A stretch of 64,000 nt of DNA, taken from contig JAQGDQ010000062.1 of the NCBI GenBank assembly GCA_030141605.1, positions 682,001 to 746,000 of the forward strand, written 5' to 3'. The position numbers were made by a program, and so were the translations under genes. How positions within the stretch are numbered: position 1 is the stretch's first letter; the number at the start of each line of letters is the position of its first letter. The notes beneath the pieces were generated by a model, which had not been told where the DNA came from, did not search any database, and saw only the letters and a list, made by a program, of their open reading frames with translations. This document shows, piece by piece, positions 54,101 to 64,000 of the stretch. The stretch comes from Tubiluchus corallicola (Eukaryota > Animalia > Priapulida).

Positions 54101-57100
54101 TACGTGAGTAGAATTAGATGGTATAATTTTCGTTTAGATTGATTGACCACTGACACCACTAAGAGGAGAATTTGGGGTTGATGGGACCAATACTTTTTTG
54201 TCAAATGAAACTAGCTTGTTGCATATCAAACGAATGGTTTAGATGAGATGAAATCAGTGGTATACGTTGACAGGAGAGTGATTGACCTTTGACCCACAGC
54301 TCACGGGTTGAAAGTTACAAGTTGTAGTTTTATTGTAGAATGCAGCTCCTAGGCAACGTGAATTGAACAAAATCAATTTATGATTTTCAAACAAAAGGCT
54401 TATGCCATTAAAAAGTCTAATTTTGTAACCATTGTTTGCATAATGGTCTAAGATAAAAAAACATTTTGAATTTTTGGAATAAGGGATTTTGAGTAAAGTA
54501 AATCTGCCCATCGTTGTCATCATCGTCATCATCATCTTCATCAACACCATCCAATAAATCATACGTCTAGGGACACGAATCTGTTCATCTCCTGCCAAGA
54601 CTCCCTACTCGCTGTGCAATGCCATAAGTGCATTTATCTCTAAATCAGCCCATATTAAAAGAATAACTTTTTGCAATGGTAGCAACCTTGCAGCACAAAA
54701 TTGCAAAAGAAATAATATCAAAAAACGATTGACAAATTAAAGAAAAGAAAAAAGTAAAGACATGCTCTGTCGAAATAACGTGCAATACAATGAACTGAAA
54801 TGAACTCAACTGACTGTAGCCACAGTAAATGTTAAATAATCAGTGTTTTTGTTTTAACAGGTTGCAATGATACTGACTATCAGTGCGAGAAGTGGGCTAA
54901 CCAAGGAGAATGTGAGATTAATCCCGCCTACATGTTGTTCAATTGCAGAAAGTCTTGCAATAACTGTGATAGCAGTAAGTATTTATGTGACACATTAGAC
55001 CTGACCTGTCTACCCAAACATGTAAAAATAAGCCCTTGTTGTCACGTACTGTAAGGGCTTATTTACACGTTGCTATTTTGATGCGCCGTGTAGATAGGCC
55101 CTAAGAGGCGTTTATTGACGAAGGTTTCTGCCCGAATGTTCACATTGATGCTCCTATCTAGGGATCATAAAAACTCCAGGTTTTCTAAAATCCCAGAAGC
55201 ACATCTACCACTGCATAACTAAATACTTGTGAAAAAATTAAATTTAAGACAAACACCAAGGACCAGTAAAGTGATAATTGAAAACTGACCAACGTCCAGT
55301 GCCTTTGACATTTTGACTTAACGTCGTAATCCCTGCACCTTCCCTTGAAGTTTTTTCTGAAATCTGTGCTGCAGGTTTCTTAATTCTTTCTCTTGCACTA
55401 ACGGAGTGATCAACATGATCCAATTTTAATACTTCTGCTCATGTCACGTAACCTGACCAAACTCTATTTTTGGAAAACACTTTGCATACATCTACTCTTG
55501 CCTGGCTTCCCGTATCTGCAGAAGTATAAGTTCCTTGTCTAACACTGTAGGTGGAGTTGAATGACAAATCAGTTTTCATATTATGACCTCTATCACTGAG
55601 ATATTTGATCTAGACGTCACAATGTCTGTACCACAAACCTGGTGTCCATCTAATCTGATAATTTTATGACTCTAGCTCTTGCACGTATGCAGTTATTTGC
55701 GTTGATTATGCAGGTATGCAGGTATATCAAATGAATGATCTAGATGAGGGACATGTCTAGCGACACGATTCTGTTCACCTCTTTCTACCAGGGCTCCCTA
55801 CTCGCTGCAGTGCCCTAAGTGCATTGATCTCTAAGTCCATATTAAAAGAATAACTTTTTGCAATAGTAGCAACCTTGCAGCACAAATTTACAAGAGAAAC
55901 AATATAAAAAAAAATTAACAAATTAAAGAAAAGAAAAAGGACTTAAAGACATGCTCTATCGAAATAACGTGCAATACAATGAACTGAAATGAACTCAACT
56001 GACTGTAGCCACAGTAAATGTTAAATAATCAGTGTTTTTGTTTTAACAGGTTGCAATGATAATAACTATTGGTGCCAGAAGTGGGCTAACCAAGGAGAAT
56101 GTGAGATGAATCCCGCCTACATGTTGTTCAATTGCAGAAAGTCTTGCAAAATCTGTGATAACAGTAAGTATTTATGTGGCACATTAGACATGACCTGTGT
56201 ACTCATACATGTAAAAAATATACCCTTTTAGTCGCATACTCTAAGGGCCGATTTACACACTGCTATTTTGGCGCATGAGTCGGACGTATGCATCAAAAAC
56301 GCACCGTGTAAATAGGCCCTAAGAGGAGTTCAGCGACAAAGGCTTTTGCCTGAATTTTCATATTTAGACTCCCATATAGGCACTATAAAAACTTAAACCC
56401 CTAGGTCCTTGGATCAGTTGAGTGACAATGGAAAAACTTACCAATGTCCAGTGCCGTTGCCCTTTTGACCTAACGTTACAGTCCCTACACCTTCCCTTGA
56501 GAATTTGTCTCAGGAACCTGTCCTGCAAGTTTCGTGACTCTTTCTCTTGCATTAACAGTGAAGGTGATCCCATTTTAATACTTATGCTGATGTTTGGAGA
56601 TCTGACCTCACCCACTCTTCGGAAATCACTTCCCATACATCTGCCCTTGTCTGCCTACTCATTCGTGCAAAAGCATACGTTCCTAGTCTAATGCTGTAGG
56701 TGGAGTTGAATAGCAAATTATGGTTCCTATCACTACGATACTTGACCTAGAGGTTGCAGTGTCTGCGCCATAAACTGATTGTCCGCTCTTAATTGTCTAA
56801 TCTGCAAATTTTGTGACTCTAGTTCTTGCACTTATGCAGCTATTGCATTGACCCCAACTTTAACACTCTCAGTCGAGTCACGTGATCTGACCACGCCCAC
56901 TTTTGAAAAACAGTTATTGCACATCTACATTGTTACTTTGCAATGTTGCTTAGCTACAATTGCAAAAACATGATACGTTTGCTTTAATTTTCAAACTTTG
57001 TGCCCTAATTCTCGGAACTTTACCAGATTCCGATTTCCGAGATGCATGTTTACCCCTAATAATTTAATAATTCTGAAAAAATAAACACGATAAAATTCAA

Positions 57101-60100
57101 TAAACACGACGTTAAAACCTATGCCTCTTGGCTGTTGTTGCAAATAATTATAATGTTAAAAACTTTTATTTTTGCTAAACATAATTTTTCAACAAGTGAA
57201 ACTACTAATAACGGACTCTTTATTTTTTAACTGACTGGCCTTTCGGCAAATCACTAAAATGTATTTTTAAAATTATTTAAAATCAGTACAGTATTGCTAT
57301 TGCTATCAGGATAAAATTCTGCCTGTGATATGTTAAAATTTGCAAAGAAATGCTTAAAGCTAGGAAATATTGATGATGCCGAAGCACTTTCTCATGTTGT
57401 CACATTAGCAATAAGGTTGTAAATCGTTTAATATACGCTGATGACTTATGTATTTTAGCTACAACAATGTCTGCTCTTCAGACTCTTGTAAACTGTTTTG
57501 CTACTGACGCTACTAATCACGATGTTATGTGGAATACGAATAAGGCAAAAGTTATGGCAATTAGGCCTAAATCTATGTCTGGTATAAACTTTGGAAAAAT
57601 AACTTTTAATGACATCGTATTAAGTAAAAATAGCAAAGAAAAATACCTTGGATATTGGTTAACAAATGATGACTGAGACGACTGTGATAATATTATTATG
57701 ATAATCCAGAAACTAAAATTGTATACGCGATTTTTTTCTCATATCGACTTTCTCTACTTGCAGCCTGTAGTAAAAATACTTCTAAATAATAGTAAAAAAT
57801 TAATATTTAATACATTAAATATTTACGGTTTATCACATTGGAGACGATTTTATAACTACAATTTAACTCGCATGAGAACTGCTGTTAATAAAGAAATAGT
57901 CAAATTTTTTGGTATAAATATCCGTGCATTGCAAATGCAACCTAATTGAATTTACCGCATTTTAAAGTGTTAGAAAGAAAACGTTCTTATAGTAGCTTGT
58001 ACAGTACAAAGAAATTAAACAATCAAGTTGTAGCCAATATTTTAAATAGTGACGTATACTTGAATTCTATATATTGACGTATACAAGCATCATCTAATAA
58101 TTAATTTAAGTTAGCGCTATGTAGAATTGTTCCTTTTGGGAATGACGACTATGCTGATTATGTCAAATTATATTCCGCATTTTAGGTTACACTGATAGTA
58201 TCAAATGGTATTGCCAAAACATTTGTTGATCATTATAGTTGTCATGGGTACAATAAATTCGTTTGGATTCCTTGAAGTAACTACGATATTTGTGGCTGTT
58301 TTGGTTTAATTTTTTGAATTGAATTGAATACTTTTACTTTAGACCAAAGTCCGTATTACAATACAATAAATCATAATTAACAATCGAACATTATACATAT
58401 AAATCAGTATACTAATTGTTAGTAGTGTCTCCCAATTAAATATCGTTAAATAAGTATTCTGTTAAACTTCTGTACTGCAGGTAGAAAAATACCGAATTAG
58501 CTTGTTTGATCGTATGTAGAACACACAACGCTGGCGGCCAACATCCGTATTGTCTGGTGATATAAGAATAATAAGACCAAGATTTCTTTATGACTAGAAT
58601 ATCGATGATTAATAATTAACAAAATTATAAGGCGATGTGAACGGATGAGTGACAGCAAGTTTTCTGACTGGTTTCTGATGGCTTATTAACATGTTTTTCC
58701 TTAATAACTCTCGTTGATGGAGCATATAGGCCTATGCACATCTGTGTGTGGTTCTTGGAAATTCATCCTTGATAATGAGCAGAATTCGTTATTAATATTT
58801 TGGCAGCAGCAAGTGAAGAACAAAAAATAGAAACACTGCAGTTAATTTTGACTTTATGCATTGATAGCACTAACTGTAATTCATAAAGAAACACGTTATT
58901 GTGTTTTAGCTGAACTTTGCCAAGATGATCCTATGGTTGATTGCAGTTCATTGGCCATGCATGGTGCCTGCTTCCAGTCTACTGATACCTTATATGACTG
59001 CAAAAAATCTTGCTATGTTTGCACAGGTAGGTAAAATTCAGAATGATTTTTATTTGCGAGCGCTAGCGTCGCAAATCTAGGAGAACCCGTACGCAGATTT
59101 GATCATGACTGTCATTATCATCGTTGTCACCACCATCACCGTTCATCGTTCGTTCTTGTAGGATCAGTAATCAATGGTTTAATCTAGAACTAATGTCTGA
59201 TTGTAAAACTTGTTAGGGATAGATCTTAATGTCAAGTTAGGCTTCAGGGTGACTTGGAACAGAACGAATTATTGTAGATTTCTCTAATTAAACTACACTG
59301 ATATACATAATACTATATACATATATATAATTTATAGTATACTATATATTGTATAATAAAATTCATAGTATTATATACATTGACACTGACATTTTTTTAC
59401 AATTGTATGTTACTTGACATGAACGGAATAAATAGACTTGAATTCTGAAATCTAGTCCACAGGAACCAAATTTTGGAAAATACATTTTTGGAGTTACTTG
59501 GATTTCCCGAGAAAAACAGAGAATAGAGAAATGAAAGATTAAAACGAGCAGCACGTTGAACAAACTAGGACAGCAAAATTGAATAGTTTGGCATTGAAAA
59601 ATATCGCCGTTTTCAACTAAGAAATTATATAAAAATTGTAAGACATTGTCATCGTTGTTGCGACACCCACTTGTTTTGCACAAACAAGTCTCAGTGTAGG
59701 GTACTTACACGTTATTGACCAATGTAGAATAATCATAATCATAATCTTTTTTATTTATTTTGCACAACGCAATAAACAATACAGTTATAATACAATTAAT
59801 TTGAAAAAAAAATTGTGAAGAAAGGGCAGCGAACGACCAGTTGGTCATTTAGTCGGCTGCAATACTTGCACACTATTGATTAATGTAGAATACTTGCACA
59901 TTATTTACCAATGTAGGGTGCATGCATATTCTTGACCAGTGTAGGATACTTGTACTTTATTGATCAATGTAGGATACTTGTACATTATTGACCAATTTGG
60001 GTGCTGACACATTATTGACTAACGTAGGATACTGGTACATTATTGACTAACGTAGGATACTGGTACATTATTGACTAACGTAGGACAGTGATACATTATT

Positions 60101-63100
60101 GACTAACGTAGGATACTGGTACATTATTGACTAACGTAGGATAGTGGTACATTATTGACTAACGTAGGATACTGGTACATTATTGACTAACGTAGGATAC
60201 TGGTACATTATTGACTAACGTAGGATACTGGTACATTATTGACTAACGTAGGATAGTGGTACATTATTGACTAACGTAGGATAGTGGTACATTATTGACT
60301 AACGTAGGATACTGGTACATTATTGACTAACGTAGGATACTGGTACATTATTGACTAACGTAGGACAGTGATACATTATTGACTAACGTAGGATACTGGT
60401 ACATTATTGACTAACGTAGGATAGTGGTACATTATTGACTAACGTAGGATACTGGTACATTATTGACTAACGTAGGATAGTGGTACATTATTGACTAACG
60501 TAGGATACTGGTACATTATTGACCATTAGCAAGTTAGTTTCACGCCATTACTCTTGATATCAGAACAGATTTACATATATACAAACATTTTTTGTTAACT
60601 TCCCTAGCAGCGTATTATTGTTCAATATTAGAAAAAATTAACTATCGTGGCAATATTGTATAAAATGTAACACGCTATTTTGCAGTATAACACTAACCGG
60701 GTACACTTTTACTGCACAGCCCTTATGTAAGCAGCGGTATAACAGTTTTGAAAGGCTCTCTTTATAACACTGTAAAAACTGTTAGTTTTCTCTTTGCTTC
60801 TACGACATTGCAGTGTAATATGGAAGTTTTGGTACAATGTTTGCAGCGAATTCCTGTTATTGAAATATCCTGGTGACATGTAACAATAATACAGATGAGC
60901 TATTTGGTAAAAAAAGTTGTCTAGAGAAAGCAGCTAAGCATCTGTACTAAAGTTGCAGTAATTGGAACACATTTACTTTGATCTGTATTTAGATAGCAGT
61001 GTTCAGTTTAGAATGAATCTACTATCACACAGAAACCTCATAGGCAGCCTTTACGTGGCAAACACGTTTTACGTGCATGGGACTGCGTAAACGGACCTGG
61101 ACAACACCCAGAAGTACAAAAGAAATATTATCATATCGTAAAGCAACTTCACTGAATAATTAGTGTACCATCTAACAGCACAACGTCATTGTGTGAGCTC
61201 TCCCTCCTTTCCTTGCGATCTGCTTAGGTCAAGACCTTAATGATTTTTTTTGGCAGACTTGATGTAAAGTGGTGTTGATATTCAATCCACAGCTGTGATC
61301 CGAATTTTGGAGTACGTTAATACAGCCGTTAGTTTTACATGCTTTTCTATCAATAAAAAGAACAATATTGATGTAGTTTGATCCACTGTTCTAGGAATTA
61401 GTTGTTTATAGATGATTTTTTACGCATTAAAATAGATTGTGTTTTGTAGTATAAAGACAGAGTATTTATTTGCAGACATAAACGAATGCGATGCATCCAA
61501 CCCTATGCATACTTGTGATCCCATCTTGGGTGAATGTATGAACATAGCTGGTAGCTTTACCTGCAGTTGTAAAAATGGAACAATTGATTTAAGTGAAGCC
61601 GTTGCTCCAGGAACTATTTGTTCAGGTAAGTGAACTTACAGTCATGTGTCATGTGGAATGTGGATGGCAATTTTATAATTTATAAGCAGAATAATGAAAG
61701 AGCATTTACTTACACACAAACGAATGTAATGAATCAAATTGTATGCATAATTGAGATTAAATCTCTGGTAAATGCATCAATACAGCTGGTAGCTTTGCCT
61801 GCTTGTGCAAAAATGGAACAACTGATCTTTGTGACTGCTCCAAGAACTCGTTGTTCATGTAGTTTAAATGTTGCTCACCTTAATATGGATGAAAGTTTTG
61901 TAATCTAACGTATTAATAATAATGATAATGATAACGATAATGATAAGGATAATAATAACATAATAAGCTATAAGCATTTCATTAAGTGCATAAATTACAT
62001 TGGTAGAAAAGTGAAATTGAAGTTACATGATTATAATGAGCTCCCCCTAATTATTACATAATTTTAAATAAGTCTGTGCGATGCTATATCAAATGTAGGA
62101 AGGATAATGTATAACACTAATAAAGAAGTTCTTCCCTTATCACACTAGTTGAACGAGCAAAGCTCTAAAACAAAACAGAACCATTTACTTTCAGACATAA
62201 GTGATTGTAATATATCTATTCTGATGCATAATTGTCATTCCAAGTTTGGTAAAATAATGCATCAGTGCAGTTGGTACATTTCTCGTATTTTTACTTTCCT
62301 GTTAGCAATGATTAAAAACAGACCAATTCGTTTTAGTGCATCCGTATTTTAAATCTAAGTAAATAAATAGGTGAAATGTTTACTTGCAGATGTGAACGAA
62401 TGCAATGCATCCAACCCTATGCATAATTGTGATCCCATCTTGGGTGACTGTGTCAACACAGCTGGAAGTTTTACCTGTTTTTGCAAAAATGGAACAATTG
62501 ATTTAAGTGAAGCCGTTGCTCCAGGAACTATTTGTTCAGGTAAGTGAACCCTCAGTCATGTTTCATGTGGAATGTGATGGCAATTTTATAATTTATAAGC
62601 AGAATAAAGAACCACAATTTACTTACTGACATAAATGAATGTAATGCATCAAATTGCATGCATAATTGCAATCTGAACTTTGATCAACGTATCAATACAG
62701 TAGTAGCTTGACGTGCCTTTGTAATGTGAACCTTCACTCAGTTTTCAAGTGGGTGGCGGTTTTATAATCTGTAAAGGGAGATAATGTCAGACCTTTTTAC
62801 TTTCAGATATAAATGAATGTGACGTATCCGGTCTTATGCATAATTGTGATCCAAACTTTGGCGAATGCACCAATACAGCTGGTAGCTTTACCTGCTTGTG
62901 AAGGGAGATAATGCCAGACCTTTTTACTTTCAGATATAAATGAATGTGATGTATCCAATCTTATGCATAATTGTGATCCCATCTTTGGTGAATGTGTCAA
63001 CACAGCTGGTAGTTTTACCTGCATTTGCAAAAGTGGAACAATTGATTTAAGTAAAGCCATTGCTCCAGGAACTATTTGTTCAGGTAAGTGAACCCTCACT

Positions 63101-63975
63101 CATATTTCATGTGGAATGTGATGGCAATTTTATAATTTATAAGCAGAATAATGAAAGACAATTTACTTACTGACATAAATGAATGTAATGCATCAAATTG
63201 CATGCATAATTGATATTAAGGTAAAAACGAGACAATCGATCTGAGTGAAGCCACTGCTCCAGGAGTAATTTGCTTAGGTAAGCGAAATGTCATTCATGTT
63301 TCAAATAAATGGCAGGTTTAGAGTATATAGGCAAATAATCCCACACCTCTTATTTTCAGATATAAACCAATGTGATGTGTCGGTGGTCCACTGTAGTCCT
63401 GTTAGACTAAGTAGATTCACTCTTCTAGAACAAATTGAATAGAATTTTGTTCTGATTAGAAAAGTTGGTAGTTTGTAATCCTAAGGCCAAAAATAACAAA
63501 GAGCCATTTTCTTGCAGACATAAACGAATGTAGTGTATTCAATCCTCCAGGAACTATTTGTTCAGGTAAGTGAACCTTCAGTCATGTTTCATGTGGATGG
63601 TAACTTTATCATTTATAAACAAAATAAAGCAAGGCAATATACTTACTGACATAAATGAATGTAATGCATCAAATTGCATGCATAATTGCAATCCGAACTT
63701 TGATCAACGTATAAATACAGTAGTAGCTTGACCTGCCTTTGTAATGCGAACCTTCACTCAGTTTTCAAGTAGGTGGCAGTTTTATAATCTGTAAATGGAG
63801 ATAATGCCAGACCTTTTACTTTCAGACATAAATGAATGTGATGTATCCAATCTTATGCATAATTGTGATCCAAACTTTGGCGAATGCACCAATACAGCTG
63901 GTAGCTTTACATGCTTGTGCAAAAATGGAACAATTGATTTAAGTGAAGCCAGAACTCCAGGAACTATTTGTTCAG
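51180..63975 (+). CDS. Secreted multidomain protein: signal peptide + 4 ShK (ShKT) + at least 4 calcium-binding EGF domains; 3' incomplete
   Basis: All exons phase 1: 51180-51255 (MYITAFVIMLCLTVTNFEVNTISQS); ShK 52748-52861, 54861-54974, 56050-56163 (CND..WC..WA..GEC..NP.YM..NCRKSC..C) and 58910-59026; cbEGF 61476-61625, 62390-62539, 62934-63083, 63826-63975 (DINEC..C..C.N..GSF.C.C..G..C). Joining them into one gene is inferred from strand, order and phase. Confidence 0.8.
52400..52535 (-). mobile_element. Short 3' end of the same RTE family as 5860-7140, with (GAT)n tail and TSD; copied again at ~54510-54645 and ~55755-55835
   Basis: Matches 5878-5970; TSD-like taa(g/a)tc(t/a)gcccat on both sides. 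Confidence 0.8.
56245..56319. mobile_element. Tiny PIF/Harbinger-like MITE (TAA TSD); shorter copies at 52941-52987 and ~55054-55101
   Basis: taa|gggcc(g/t)atttacac ... gtgtaaataggccc|taa. Confidence 0.7.
57425..58100 (+). mobile_element. Decayed CR1/L2-group LINE RT 3' fragment
   Basis: YADDLCILA..ALQTLVN..WNTNKAKVM..KYLGYWLTND, followed by stops. Confidence 0.7.
59862..60525. repeat. 28-bp minisatellite
   Basis: Unit acattattgactaacgtaggatactggt, ~18 near-perfect copies plus degenerate 5' units. Confidence 0.95.
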
Positions 63976-64000
63976 GTAGATAATTTTTCCTGCATTTCAA

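Larger units (their letters stand above)
51805..57110 (+). repeat. Tandem segmental duplications carrying the three similar ShK exons (periods 2113 and 1189 bp), including intronic TE pieces
   Basis: Blocks 51805-52860 vs 53895-54975 and downstream introns are highly similar; they contain tgacct / cacgcccact-rich interspersed repeat sequence. Confidence 0.9.

Overview
AT-rich animal (invertebrate-type) nuclear DNA with GT-AG introns and dense transposon debris; no prokaryotic operons, rRNA or CRISPR. One complete gene can be assembled by hand from phase-compatible exons: an 8-exon TMEM268-like gene (+, 8565-18388, ~351 aa). A secreted protein gene (+, from 51180, running off the window end) has a signal peptide, 4 ShK (ShKT) exons and at least 4 calcium-binding EGF exons, with decayed EGF exon copies filling its introns. 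The minus strand carries a run of incomplete genes: the first 5 coding exons of an M13 neprilysin/ECE-like peptidase (46289-39536), a P-element/THAP transposon (35397-38648), 3 exons of a Mutator-like SWIM transposase, 3 exons of a PHYHD1-like dioxygenase, and 2 terminal Q-rich exons. A second, inverted, internally deleted P copy (25851-26958) is fused to a Ty3/Gypsy pol fragment. Other repeats: a decayed APE-RT LINE preceded by a tandem CCCH zinc-finger ORF, RTE and CR1/L2 fragments, several MITEs (some with clean TSDs), and 33-, 30- and 28-bp minisatellites. All family calls come from motif recognition, without database searches.
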